A DNA stretch of 64,000 nucleotides, from positions 8,659 to 72,658 of the IMG/VR virus record IMGVR_UViG_2974766419_000001; one strand, 5' to 3'. Each line of letters opens with the position of its first letter. The first letter of the stretch is position 1. The DNA is from a virus. Lineage: Duplodnaviria; Caudoviricetes. Positions 54,274-62,378 of this stretch are shown one piece after another. The notes below the pieces were generated by a model. The model did not search any database. It had not been told where the DNA came from and worked only from the letters and a program-made list of their open reading frames with translations. The position numbers were made by a program, and so were the translations under genes.

Positions 54274-54723
54274 TCACACTTCCTCCCCCTCCAGTGCAGC
54301 GAGGATCTTGTACGGATACAGCGGTCCGCGCGACGGGTCTTCGCACAGTTCTCGGATTCGTGCTTCCTGCGCCCGAAGACGTTCGTTCTCGGCGTTGATG
54401 GCGTCGTACTGTGCCCGCCATTCCGCCAACTGGGCCGATTTGAGTTCAACTTCGGCGATCAACTCGGGAACCAACGAACGCGCAGAAGCAATAAACTCGG
54501 CGTCTGCAACAGTCGGGGGCCAGCAGCACTGCCGCGCGGCATGTGTTGCCCCACGCACCTTCAGAACATTCAGACGGTGCATGCTCGGATCGAACGTGTG
54601 AGTGATCTCGCGGACGTACCACTCATCAACCGTCGCCCCTGGCATCGCATGGACCCTCGTCTCCCATGGTCCTTCCGTGACGCCTTCCAGTGCTGCTTTC
54701 GCGCGGGCCACAACATCACTCAC
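54274..54723 (-). CDS. hypothetical protein
   Basis: MSDVVARAKAALEGVTEGPW...DAEFIASAR. Confidence 0.75.
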   Translation of the reverse strand: MSDVVARAKAALEGVTEGPWETRVHAMPGATVDEWYVREITHTFDPSMHRLNVLKVRGATHAARQCCWPPTVADAEFIASARSLVPELIAEVELKSAQLAEWRAQYDAINAENERLRAQEARIRELCEDPSRGPLYPYKILAALEGEEV

Positions 54724-55145
54724 TGCACAGCCTCCAGTTGATCCCCCTCCGACTCCAGCGCCGCAATGTGCCAACGCAGGAAATCCAGCGCCTCCTTGTT
54801 GTTGGTGTCGAAGAACAGGTGTTCGGCCTGCTCCTCATCAAGGCCCAGCAGGTCGGCGGCGCGTATCTCGATGGCCGTGGTCGTCCGCGCGCCTCGAACC
54901 TTGACCATGTTGCGCATCGACAAACTGAACCACCGCACCTCGGTGTTCGGGTCGACCACGCAGGCCGTGCCGGCGATGCACATCGTCGTGCCGCACTCAG
55001 TGTCGCCGCGGTACCCCCACGAGTTCTGGTCGTGATGGCCAGGGTGCTTCTCGGCCCAGTCCAAGACGATCTTGGCCATTTCCAGCGGCGTCGGGGTCTC
55101 GGTCAGCTTCGGCAGGCCCAGCTGGTCAGTGATGTCGATGATCAT
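54720..55145 (-). CDS. hypothetical protein
   Basis: HHDQNSW...CGTTMCIAG. Confidence 0.75.
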   Translation of the reverse strand: MIIDITDQLGLPKLTETPTPLEMAKIVLDWAEKHPGHHDQNSWGYRGDTECGTTMCIAGTACVVDPNTEVRWFSLSMRNMVKVRGARTTTAIEIRAADLLGLDEEQAEHLFFDTNNKEALDFLRWHIAALESEGDQLEAVQ

Positions 55146-55165
55146 TTCTCTCCTCCTTGGTGGGA

Positions 55166-55182
55166 TGTTCGGATTCCGAACA
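55166..55182. repeat. 17-bp palindrome
   Basis: TGTTCGG-ATT-CCGAACA. Confidence 0.95.
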
Positions 55183-55187
55183 GGTTT

Positions 55188-55478
55188 CTAGTACTGAACT
55201 TTCGCCGTGAGTTCGTCCACGGCCACGCGGGCCATCTCAAACGCCTCGTCCCACGACAGGTCGGTGCGATCCCACATCACCGACCCGCTGTCGGTGTCCA
55301 CCACCTGCGCATGGACACCCGTCTTCTCCAGCGTCATCCACACACCCGGCTTCGTGGAGGTCAACTCGGTGTCCTCCGGCAGAAACGCGGGCGAGTAGAT
55401 GGTGATCTCATCGTCGGAGAACAGCTGGCCGTCGTTCGAGTAGAACGGCCGACCGCCCGGCGGCGTCGCGACGATCAT
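55188..55478 (-). CDS. hypothetical protein
   Basis: 96-aa coupled ORF. Confidence 0.7.
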   Translation of the reverse strand: MIVATPPGGRPFYSNDGQLFSDDEITIYSPAFLPEDTELTSTKPGVWMTLEKTGVHAQVVDTDSGSVMWDRTDLSWDEAFEMARVAVDELTAKVQY

Positions 55479-55654
55479 TTGGCCACCCCCAGGCTGTCGA
55501 TGTAGTTGACAAACCGGGCCAGCACTTCCGGCTCCAGGAACACCCGGTCGGTCTTGTTCAGACCGTTGTGGGCGAACAGCTCGATCTGCCCCCAGCTGTC
55601 GCGGGTGACGTACAGCCCGTCGCCCAGGTACGTCGCGCCCGGAATCTCAGCCAT
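55475..55654 (-). CDS. hypothetical protein (59 aa)
   Basis: Hand translation MAEIPGATYLGDGLYV...FLEPEVLARF. Confidence 0.7.
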   Translation of the reverse strand: MAEIPGATYLGDGLYVTRDSWGQIELFAHNGLNKTDRVFLEPEVLARFVNYIDSLGVAK

Positions 55655-55976
55655 TGCGCACCTCCAACGACTCGCGGTGCTCCTCGCAGATGGCCTTGGC
55701 CCGGTCCAGCGTCACGATTTCGTGCTCCGGCCCCAGCGTTTTCCACTGCGGCTGCCCGCCGACAACCTCCGTGGAGAATTGCGCCTTCCACGAGGCTCGG
55801 GTGCGCAGTCGGCTGTGGCAGCGGTACTGCACCCCGTTGACCGGGCCCGAGTACCACAGGCCGTCGCGCACCGACCGACGCCAGACGATGCGGTCGTGCA
55901 CGTCCTGGCTGCGGGCCTCGCCGCACAGGCACACGCCTTCGCTGTGCGGATCGGCTTTGTAGGTGTGGCGTCTCAC
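55647..55976 (-). CDS. hypothetical protein
   Basis: 109 aa with HTY...CLCGE...H. Confidence 0.65.
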   Translation of the reverse strand: MRRHTYKADPHSEGVCLCGEARSQDVHDRIVWRRSVRDGLWYSGPVNGVQYRCHSRLRTRASWKAQFSTEVVGGQPQWKTLGPEHEIVTLDRAKAICEEHRESLEVRNG

Positions 55977-56380
55977 GATACGTCCCCCTTTTCAGGTGTA
56001 GAAGTGCGTTTGCGGTACAGGTGCTCGAACCGCGGATCGGCGAAGTTGACCTGCTTGCCGACGAGCTCGTTGTAGTTGACCGGACTGGCCACCAGGCGGG
56101 CCACCTGCACCGTCAACGTCAGGTTCGCCGGGTACGGCTTGCGGCCCGCGCCTTCCACCCACATGGACGAGCCGTGCTGCACCGTCGGCACGATCGGCAT
56201 CAGATGCTGGAACCCGCCGGTGAGGTAGTCGGCCTGCACGTAGCCGAAGCATTCCTTGCCGTCGACCATCCGCGAGTAGCGGAAGTAGCTGCCCGGCCCG
56301 CTGATCGGCTCGTAGATGGTGAACCCCGCCGCTTCCAGCTCGTCGGCATACTCGCGCAGCCTTGCGTTGGTGATGAACAT
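55973..56380 (-). CDS. hypothetical protein
   Basis: 135-aa coupled ORF. Confidence 0.75.
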   Translation of the reverse strand: MFITNARLREYADELEAAGFTIYEPISGPGSYFRYSRMVDGKECFGYVQADYLTGGFQHLMPIVPTVQHGSSMWVEGAGRKPYPANLTLTVQVARLVASPVNYNELVGKQVNFADPRFEHLYRKRTSTPEKGDVS

Positions 56381-56787
56381 CAGGCCACACCCTCCGTGAC
56401 CAGCTTTTCCAGCTCGGCGATCAGCTCGTCAAGCTGGTCGGGTGACAGGAACGCCACGGCTAAGCTTCCCGACGCCTCGGACACCGCGATGGCCACCCCG
56501 CCGAACACGTGGTGCAGCGTCAGATGGTTGCCAAGGGAGTCGCTGAAGCGGTAGTCGACATCCGCTCGAGCTTTAAGGTTGGCCGACGTGTCGGCCCTGG
56601 CGTTGCGCAGCGCGGCGAGCAAGTCAGGCCGATCCTCCTCGCGCAGGGCGATCGCGGTGATGGTCTCGGCGTCGCTGTCGGAGACGACGAGGCTGGCGAA
56701 GTTGAAGTCGTCGTTGACGTGCAGGGTGACGGTGCCGCCGATGTTGTCTCTCGCGGTGTACTTGATGCTTTCGGGTCTCTTCATCAT
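56380..56787 (-). CDS. hypothetical protein with two similar halves
   Basis: MMKRPES start. Each half has a Y-x3-D-x2-G-x2-(V/L)TLH pattern. Confidence 0.7.
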   Translation of the reverse strand: MMKRPESIKYTARDNIGGTVTLHVNDDFNFASLVVSDSDAETITAIALREEDRPDLLAALRNARADTSANLKARADVDYRFSDSLGNHLTLHHVFGGVAIAVSEASGSLAVAFLSPDQLDELIAELEKLVTEGVA

Positions 56788-56807
56788 TGTTTCCTCTCTC
56801 TGGGGGG

Positions 56808-56824
56808 TGTTCGGTTTCCGAACA
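56808..56824. repeat. 17-bp palindrome
   Basis: TGTTCGG-TTT-CCGAACA. Confidence 0.95.
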
Positions 56825-56827
56825 GGG

Positions 56828-57142
56828 TTAGCCGAGCAGGATGTTGTCGATGGCCTCGACCAGGGCGTCACGCAGACGCACCGGCTCGCTGCGCACCACA
56901 GGCGGGGTGTACTTGGGGTCGATGCAGGCCAACTTGCCCTGCTCGGTCAGGCCCACGCGGAAGCTGCCCGGCGTGGGCGCGGTGTCGCACCACACCAGAC
57001 CGGCCTCTGCCAGCTCTCGACTGGCTTTGCGGATGGCCCGGCGGTTCGGGAACGTCCAGAACTGCTCGCCCAGCCGGTGCCGAGCTGCCAGCACCTCCAG
57101 GATCAGCTCGGCCGTCGGCGTGATGCTGCTGGGCTCAGTCAT
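56828..57142 (-). CDS. hypothetical protein, winged-helix-like
   Basis: RKASRELAEAGLVW...VGLTEQG. Confidence 0.65.
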   Translation of the reverse strand: MTEPSSITPTAELILEVLAARHRLGEQFWTFPNRRAIRKASRELAEAGLVWCDTAPTPGSFRVGLTEQGKLACIDPKYTPPVVRSEPVRLRDALVEAIDNILLG

Positions 57143-57404
57143 CGGCGTGCTGCAGCTCGTAGCCTTCGAGGTCGCCGATGTTGTCGTCCCAGCACGACGG
57201 GTTGTCGCGCCAGTTGTCGCGCAGGCGCTGGCCGAACGGGTTGTAGCAGGCCCCGCACTTCGGGCAGTCGATGTCACCCTGCCCGCGGTAGCGGACGATT
57301 TCGGCGTCGCAGCGGGCGCAGTTCCAGGCGGCGTAGCCGCTTTCGACGATGAAGCCTCGGTCGTCGCGCACGTCGTCGACGTAGCGGAAGTTCTTTGCAG
57401 CCAT
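57135..57404 (-). CDS. zinc-ribbon protein
   Basis: CARC...CPKCGACYN. Confidence 0.75.
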   Translation of the reverse strand: MAAKNFRYVDDVRDDRGFIVESGYAAWNCARCDAEIVRYRGQGDIDCPKCGACYNPFGQRLRDNWRDNPSCWDDNIGDLEGYELQHADD

Positions 57405-57431
57405 GATTTTTCTCCTTTTTCGTGGGTGGGG

Positions 57432-57448
57432 TGTTCGGTTTCCGAACA
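57432..57448. repeat. 17-bp palindrome
   Basis: TGTTCGG-TTT-CCGAACA. Confidence 0.95.
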
Positions 57449-57497
57449 GGATGGGGGGTGGGGTGCGCACCCCTCGTTGATGCGCACCCCACCTGGC

Positions 57498-57689
57498 TCA
57501 GCGGCCGTTGACTTTGGCCATCAGTTCGTCGGGCCGAGACTCAGACTCTTCCTCGTCGCCGTTGTACATGCGCGCTTCCAGGCGGTTGAGCAGCTCGAAC
57601 CGCAGGTCTTCGCGGTCGGCGTCGTTGTCGGCCATGGCGTCGAGGGCGTCGAGCAGGGACTCGGCGATGCGTGCTTTGCGTTCGATCAT
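57498..57689 (-). CDS. acidic hypothetical protein
   Basis: MIERKARIAE start after start-associated motif. Confidence 0.7.
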   Translation of the reverse strand: MIERKARIAESLLDALDAMADNDADREDLRFELLNRLEARMYNGDEEESESRPDELMAKVNGR

Positions 57690-57716
57690 CGTGCTTCTCT
57701 CTCTCGTGGGGCCGAG

Positions 57717-57733
57717 TGTTCGGTTTCCGAACA
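57717..57733. repeat. 17-bp palindrome
   Basis: TGTTCGG-TTT-CCGAACA. Confidence 0.95.
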
Positions 57734-57772
57734 CCCGAGGTTTTTGGAGGCCCAACTCAACCTCCAACTACT

Positions 57773-57801
57773 ATTCTACTCTTGACAAGGGCTTATGTCA
57801 A
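57773..57801 (-). promoter_or_regulatory. SigA-type promoter with overlapping inverted repeat
   Basis: TTGACA-17-TAGAAT on minus. CTTGACA-N8-TGTCAAG at 57781-57802. Confidence 0.9.
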
Positions 57802-57991
57802 GGGGTAACAACCCGGGTGTGAACGATGACGCCGGACAGCCCGCCGTCATCTATCACCCACTCGCAACGCTGCACCTCGCGAAACTCGTCTCGATGCCAC
57901 ACACATCACCCCGCCGCGGCATCGAGGACGCCTCGAAGCTGTACAGCACCTCGTTGGGGTCCTGCGCATCCACCACCTCGGTATTGGTCAC
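57798..57991 (-). pseudogene. frameshifted small gene
   Basis: Two partial frames join at a (TG)4 run at 57898-57905. Confidence 0.5.
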
Positions 57992-58338
57992 TGGTCAAAC
58001 TCCTTCGTCCACTCACGGATCAGCCGCTCCTCGTGCTCACGCTGCGCCTGCTCCTGCGCCTCCCGGTGCAGATTCCGGCGATAGGCGCGAAACGCCCACA
58101 GCCAATGCACCAGAATCCAAAACGCGCACCACCGCCACGAGAAGTAGCCAGTGAACAGCGAGAGCACCCCGTAGAGGACCACGGTCATCGCCGGGATCGC
58201 CCACAAGTCGAACCGCCACAGGCGTTGCGCCGACCCGTCGCCGATCATTCGCACCACCGCCTTGTACCAGGCGATTTTCACCTTCAACCAGGCGATTTTC
58301 AGCCAGATCAACCCCACCACCCCTCCTCCTGACTCCAC
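57988..58338 (-). CDS. membrane protein (start uncertain)
   Basis: Two hydrophobic Trp-rich segments. Confidence 0.65.
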   Translation of the reverse strand: MESGGGVVGLIWLKIAWLKVKIAWYKAVVRMIGDGSAQRLWRFDLWAIPAMTVVLYGVLSLFTGYFSWRWCAFWILVHWLWAFRAYRRNLHREAQEQAQREHEERLIREWTKEFDQ

Positions 58339-58493
58339 CGCGCCGTCGCAAGGTCGCCCGCCTCATCGAAGTCGGCCGGCAGCAGCTCGAACATCGGCCG
58401 CGGCCACACCCCCGACCCCGCCTGCTGCAGCTGCCAGTCGACCAGCTCGTCGATCTCATCGCGGACCTGTTCGGAAACCGAACACCCCATCAC
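58308..58493 (-). CDS. hypothetical protein
   Basis: DEIDELVDWQL motif, coupled. Confidence 0.55.
   Translation of the reverse strand: MMGCSVSEQVRDEIDELVDWQLQQAGSGVWPRPMFELLPADFDEAGDLATARWSQEEGWWG
58468..58484. repeat. 17-bp palindrome
   Basis: TGTTCGG-AAA-CCGAACA. Confidence 0.95.
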
Positions 58494-58747
58494 CGGCTCG
58501 CCACCTGATCGGCGCGCAGCGTGCCGATGACCAGCTCGTAGAACCCCGGCCGCTCGGCGGCGATGGCCGCCACCATGTCGGCCACGAACCGCGCCGGATG
58601 ACTCGCGCCGTCGGACTGCAGATACAGGTCCACCCTGGCCAGGCTGTCCTCCTCAGCCAGCTTCACCACCGTGGTGTCGGTGTCAGCCAACACCCGGGCC
58701 GAGGAAACCCTCGGCTCGTGGACGCTGACGTTGATGCTCGTTTTCAT
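58490..58747 (-). CDS. hypothetical protein
   Basis: MKTSINV start after start-associated motif. Confidence 0.7.
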   Translation of the reverse strand: MKTSINVSVHEPRVSSARVLADTDTTVVKLAEEDSLARVDLYLQSDGASHPARFVADMVAAIAAERPGFYELVIGTLRADQVASR

Positions 58748-58965
58748 CTCTCTCCTTCTTCTCGTGGGCTGTTCGGTTTCCGAACAGGGCTGCCATAGTG
58801 CTCTGCCAGCGTCTGGGCGGCCGCCATTGCCCGATCGTGCTGGAACCACATGCCATAGTCTTTTCCGTTGCGGGACACCACCCAGCCGACAATCCAGCCG
58901 CGACGGTCATACTCCGGCAACACCTTGAAACGGCCGTCGCGCGCCGGAATCCTAGTTGTCGCCAC
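58744..58965 (-). CDS. hypothetical protein
   Basis: 73-aa ORF. Confidence 0.6.
   Translation of the reverse strand: MATTRIPARDGRFKVLPEYDRRGWIVGWVVSRNGKDYGMWFQHDRAMAAAQTLAEHYGSPVRKPNSPREEGER
58770..58786. repeat. 17-bp palindrome
   Basis: TGTTCGG-TTT-CCGAACA. Confidence 0.95.
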
Positions 58966-59467
58966 TATCGACCTCCACGGTGGAATTCAACTCCTGGAGC
59001 AGATTTTCGAGATTTCGCACCTCAGCGACCTGACGCGCCAAATCCTTCGTTTCGGCCACCATCGCCTCCAGCGACCACCGCTTGCTCCACGGAACCCCGA
59101 AAGCAAGGTCGGTGATCCGTTGCCGAACACCCGGAATCGGCTCCTCGGCCCACGGGGTGCCATCCCAGATGTCGCCGGCGTGCATCGCGTCGAACCCGAC
59201 GAACGGATGCTGATGCCAGCTGATGCCGCCGTGCGCCAACAGGCAGTCATCCAGGTCACCATCCGGCCAGCGCGCCGACCACGGATGGCCCTCGGCCGGG
59301 ATGATCGCGTAGCCGCACAGCCCGTACAGGGCGCCCGGTGCGACCACCCACGGCACGCCGTCCTCGACGCCGTAGGCGACCATCTCACGGTCGGACCACC
59401 GCTGCTGCCACAGCTTCATCACGGCCTGCATCAGCGCGCGGTCGCCCGGCGAAACGTCATCGGTCAT
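58952..59467 (-). CDS. hypothetical protein
   Basis: CGYAII...AHGGISW...VGFDAMHAGD. Confidence 0.75.
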   Translation of the reverse strand: MTDDVSPGDRALMQAVMKLWQQRWSDREMVAYGVEDGVPWVVAPGALYGLCGYAIIPAEGHPWSARWPDGDLDDCLLAHGGISWHQHPFVGFDAMHAGDIWDGTPWAEEPIPGVRQRITDLAFGVPWSKRWSLEAMVAETKDLARQVAEVRNLENLLQELNSTVEVDSGDN

Positions 59468-59714
59468 CGGTCATCTTCCTTCTCGTGGAGTGTTCGGTTT
59501 CCGAACAGGCCCGAATCACCTGCGGAATGCCTCGCCAGCGCATACACCCGCAACGCTGACGTTTGCGCCGGTAGCGGCACCGCCAACCCACACCCTTGTC
59601 GGGGGTGTGGCAGCTGCGTCCGTGGCCGCAGTTCTCGCACAGCGGCCATTTGACGCGATACCCGTCGGGGACCTCGATGCGCTGGCCCCCGACGCGGATC
59701 ACGATCGCTGCCAT
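59457..59714 (-). CDS. Cys/His-rich hypothetical protein
   Basis: CENCGHGRSCH...CRY...CGC. Confidence 0.6.
   Translation of the reverse strand: MAAIVIRVGGQRIEVPDGYRVKWPLCENCGHGRSCHTPDKGVGWRCRYRRKRQRCGCMRWRGIPQVIRACSETEHSTRRKMTDDR
59491..59507. repeat. 17-bp palindrome
   Basis: TGTTCGG-TTT-CCGAACA. Confidence 0.95.
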
Positions 59715-59717
59715 GTT

Positions 59718-59990
59718 CTAGGTCAGAAACGACAGCTTGTGCTTTGTCGAGTACACGTTGCGTGAGCAGAAGTCGCACATGAACTCCTGCTGACTGTCGT
59801 CGCACTCCTCGCCGCACGCCACCACCGGGTCACCGTCGGGCAGGCTCGGCCGGGTGGTCTCGACGCCGGACTCCCACATCGTGCGGTACTGCGGGTCGTA
59901 CAGGTCCATGCCGGACGTGTCGTTGTTGGCGATGAAGCACGCGCAGTCGGCGCAGCAGAAAAACTCGCCCTCGATGTTGGCCATGGTCAC
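59718..59990 (-). CDS. Cys-rich hypothetical protein
   Basis: CCADC...CDFC. Confidence 0.7.
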   Translation of the reverse strand: MTMANIEGEFFCCADCACFIANNDTSGMDLYDPQYRTMWESGVETTRPSLPDGDPVVACGEECDDSQQEFMCDFCSRNVYSTKHKLSFLT

Positions 59991-60139
59991 AGTCCTTCCT
60001 GATGTTGGCGCACCTCGCGCCGGGATTTGATGAAGGCGTCATACCAGCGACGCCACGTCGGATCGGTCGTGTCCCTGCTCGGGTTGTGCACCGGGCACAG
60101 GACGTTGTGGAAACCGGGCAGCGGGCAGCAGCACTCCAT
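59987..60139 (-). CDS. small hypothetical protein (50 aa)
   Basis: Hand translation MECCCPLPGFHNVLCPVH... Confidence 0.55.
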   Translation of the reverse strand: MECCCPLPGFHNVLCPVHNPSRDTTDPTWRRWYDAFIKSRREVRQHQEGL

Positions 60140-60240
60140 CACAGCCCACCCTTCTTACCCCAGTCGATGTTGAGCAGCGCGGCGATGAGCAGCACCGTGG
60201 GGACCGTGACAGTCGCCCACAGCGCCGCCGTGACGATCAT
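60139..60240 (-). CDS. 33-aa membrane peptide
   Basis: MIVTAALWATVTVPTVLLIAALLNIDWGKKGGL. Confidence 0.55.
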   Translation of the reverse strand: MIVTAALWATVTVPTVLLIAALLNIDWGKKGGL

Positions 60241-60434
60241 CGCCGCACCGCGAGCTTCGGCCGGGCGAACACGTCGCCCAGCGTGACGTGACGCTGCGCC
60301 AGCCCGTACTCGGCGCGATACACCCGCGCCGAGCCGTCGCCGTCGCGGTAGTCCTGGCGGTACAGGTCACCGCCGATGCCCACGTAGGCAAGCGGGCGGT
60401 CGTTGGTGCCGCCGTAGTCGCGGTGCCGGGCCAT
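60237..60434 (-). CDS. hypothetical protein
   Basis: MARHRDYGG..., coupled. Confidence 0.6.
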   Translation of the reverse strand: MARHRDYGGTNDRPLAYVGIGGDLYRQDYRDGDGSARVYRAEYGLAQRHVTLGDVFARPKLAVRR

Positions 60435-60613
60435 CACACCGTCTCCTTGGCCAGCTCCAGCACCGGGAAACGGTCGCCGATCGCGTCGGCGTGCTGCTTG
60501 GCGTGATGGCCGCAGAACAGCAGCTTCGACGCCACGCTGGGCACCAGAACCTCGAACTTGGCTGCCGCGCCGCAACGATCGCAGCGGGTCAGCCGCAGGG
60601 TGTTCATGTCCAT
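60434..60613 (-). CDS. small zinc-binding protein (59 aa)
   Basis: RCDRCGAAA...LLFCGHH. Confidence 0.7.
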   Translation of the reverse strand: MDMNTLRLTRCDRCGAAAKFEVLVPSVASKLLFCGHHAKQHADAIGDRFPVLELAKETV

Positions 60614-60638
60614 GACTAACTCTCTCTCTCGTGGGGGC

Positions 60639-60655
60639 TGTTCGGTTTCCGAACA
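60639..60655. repeat. 17-bp palindrome
   Basis: TGTTCGG-TTT-CCGAACA. Confidence 0.95.
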
Positions 60656-60658
60656 CGC

Positions 60659-60964
60659 CTAATTGACGCTGGCCAAAATGTCGGCCTGGCCGATGTCGGC
60701 CAGCTTGCCGTCGTCGACGATGCGCACGCGGCGGCCCGACGGCACCAGGATGTTGCCCACATCTTCGGCGCTCGCGTAGCCGGACTCCTCGGCCGCCTTG
60801 GTGGGGACGTACCACACCTCCAGGTCGGGTCGCAGGTGGCTCACCGCAGCGGCCACAGCGCTGGCCGTGTGCCAGTCGGTCGCCAAGTCGGTGGCCCTGT
60901 GGAAGCGGTTGGCCCTCGGCTTGCGCCACGCGATGGTCCAGAACCTGGTCTTGGTCTCGGTCAT
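60659..60964 (-). CDS. hypothetical protein
   Basis: MTETKTRFW start after a purine-rich RBS. Confidence 0.7.
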   Translation of the reverse strand: MTETKTRFWTIAWRKPRANRFHRATDLATDWHTASAVAAAVSHLRPDLEVWYVPTKAAEESGYASAEDVGNILVPSGRRVRIVDDGKLADIGQADILASVN

Positions 60965-61036
60965 CTCTCTCTTCTCTCTCTCACCCTTGCCCACCGGCGG
61001 GATTGTCGGTGGACCGGCGGAAAGCCAGGGGTGCCC

Positions 61037-61053
61037 TGTTCGGAAACCGAACA
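61037..61053. repeat. 17-bp palindrome
   Basis: TGTTCGG-AAA-CCGAACA. Confidence 0.95.
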
Positions 61054-61067
61054 CCCCTGGCCAACCG

Positions 61068-61355
61068 TCACGGGCGGTAGCTGATCTCGCTCACCTCGGG
61101 CCGGCACGGCCACACCGTCACCAGGTCACCCGTCGGGCCGTAGCAGCCCGCGGTCACACCCTGCACGTTGGTCGGCCCGCAGATGCGGTTGCCGTCGATG
61201 CGGCAGTCCCACAGCGGGTCGTCCTCGGTGACGTGCGGGTGAGTCACGGTCACGTCGGCGTTGGTCGCGGGCAACCCGTAGATGTAGGCCACCGGCCCCA
61301 TCATCACGGTGCCGGTGATGGCGGCGACAGCGGCCGCGTCTCCCCAGATGCTCAC
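61068..61355 (-). CDS. exported/membrane small protein
   Basis: Hydrophobic N-terminus, EDDPLWDCRIDGNRICG. Confidence 0.7.
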   Translation of the reverse strand: MSIWGDAAAVAAITGTVMMGPVAYIYGLPATNADVTVTHPHVTEDDPLWDCRIDGNRICGPTNVQGVTAGCYGPTGDLVTVWPCRPEVSEISYRP

Positions 61356-61495
61356 TTGCCCTCCCCCTTGTTCAGCTCGTCGGTCAGTTCGGCCAGCTGG
61401 TAGCGGATGCAGACCACCTCGAGGCTGTCGTTGCGACGCTCGGCGCGGCGCAGTGCAGCTTGGAGGGCACGCACCTTCTGCTCTTTGGTCCTCAT
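61352..61495 (-). CDS. small hypothetical protein
   Basis: MRTKEQKVRAL..., coupled. Confidence 0.55.
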   Translation of the reverse strand: MRTKEQKVRALQAALRRAERRNDSLEVVCIRYQLAELTDELNKGEGK

Positions 61496-61647
61496 CGCGC
61501 GGCCTCCTTGCGCCCGGTCGGCCAGCACGAGTAGTAGCACTCGATGGACAGGATGCTGTGTCCACACTTCGAGCACGCGGTGGCCTGGAGCATCAGGTTG
61601 CTGCGCTGCTTGCGGGCAGCGCGTCGATGGCTGGTTTTCGTTGCCAT
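61492..61647 (-). CDS. small Cys-containing protein
   Basis: MATKTSHRR...CSKCGH...C. Confidence 0.55.
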   Translation of the reverse strand: MATKTSHRRAARKQRSNLMLQATACSKCGHSILSIECYYSCWPTGRKEAAR

Positions 61648-61724
61648 GACTTTCTCTTTCTCTCTCTCCCTTACCCGGCGAGCGGAATTGCTCGTCGAGC
61701 GGTGGAAGGCCAGGGAATTCGGCC

Positions 61725-61741
61725 TGTTCGGAAACCGAACA
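61725..61741. repeat. 17-bp palindrome
   Basis: TGTTCGG-AAA-CCGAACA. Confidence 0.95.
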
Positions 61742-61766
61742 CCCTGGCCAACCATCGGCGGGATTT

Positions 61767-61997
61767 TCAGAAGTCGACCAGCTCGTCGTCGTCTTCCAGC
61801 TCGGCCAGCTCGAAATCGCGGTGCGCGGTGCGCTCCAGCCAGGCGTTTGTCATCTGCGACGGCAGCTCGACCAGCTCTTTGCGCAGCGCCTCACGCTCGG
61901 CTTCGAGCTTGGCGATTTTGACGTCGATGGTCGTCATTTTTCGCATCACAGCACGCTGGGCTTTGTGGATTTCTTTTTCCACAACCTTGTAGCTCAT
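61767..61997 (-). CDS. coiled-coil hypothetical protein
   Basis: 76 aa, first gene after the 62118-62146 promoter. Confidence 0.75.
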   Translation of the reverse strand: MSYKVVEKEIHKAQRAVMRKMTTIDVKIAKLEAEREALRKELVELPSQMTNAWLERTAHRDFELAELEDDDELVDF

Positions 61998-62028
61998 GAT
62001 TTTTCTCTCTCGTTTTTCGTGGGTCAGG

Positions 62029-62045
62029 TGTTCGGTTTCCGAACA
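62029..62045. repeat. 17-bp palindrome
   Basis: TGTTCGG-TTT-CCGAACA. Confidence 0.95.
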
Positions 62046-62117
62046 CCCGTTTTTGCGGCCGAAGTTTTTCCTTTTTTGTTTTTTGTTTTTGCTGGGCAGA
62101 CTTCGACCTCAACTACT

Positions 62118-62146
62118 ATTCTACTCTTGACAGGGGCTAATGTCAA
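62118..62146 (-). promoter_or_regulatory. SigA-type promoter with overlapping inverted repeat
   Basis: TTGACA-17-TAGAAT on minus. CTTGACA-N8-TGTCAAG at 62126-62147. Confidence 0.9.
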
Positions 62147-62182
62147 GGGGTATGACGCACCGTCGCGGGCTGGTCGAGAGGG

Positions 62183-62199
62183 TGTTCGGAAACCGAACA
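62183..62199. repeat. 17-bp palindrome
   Basis: TGTTCGG-AAA-CCGAACA. Confidence 0.95.
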
Positions 62200-62279
62200 G
62201 TGCGCATGTGGGTCAGGCGGACCAGAAGCCCGGCACGTGCACGTGTGCGGGCGGCGGCTGGTGATAAGTCGCTGCGGGG

Positions 62280-62296
62280 TGTTCGGAAACCGAACG
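62280..62296. repeat. 17-bp palindrome, variant
   Basis: TGTTCGG-AAA-CCGAACG. Confidence 0.85.
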
Positions 62297-62378
62297 GTCA
62301 AGCGGACCAAAAGCCGGCACGTACACGTGTGCGAATACGCGGCACTCGCGCGCAGACATGGATGCAGACGCGGACGCA

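Noticed and set aside
58262-58302. Short tandem duplication AAAATCGCCTGGT (18-bp period) in the membrane gene
   Set aside because: Only two copies encoding KIAW twice. Likely a local in-frame duplication with no wider pattern.
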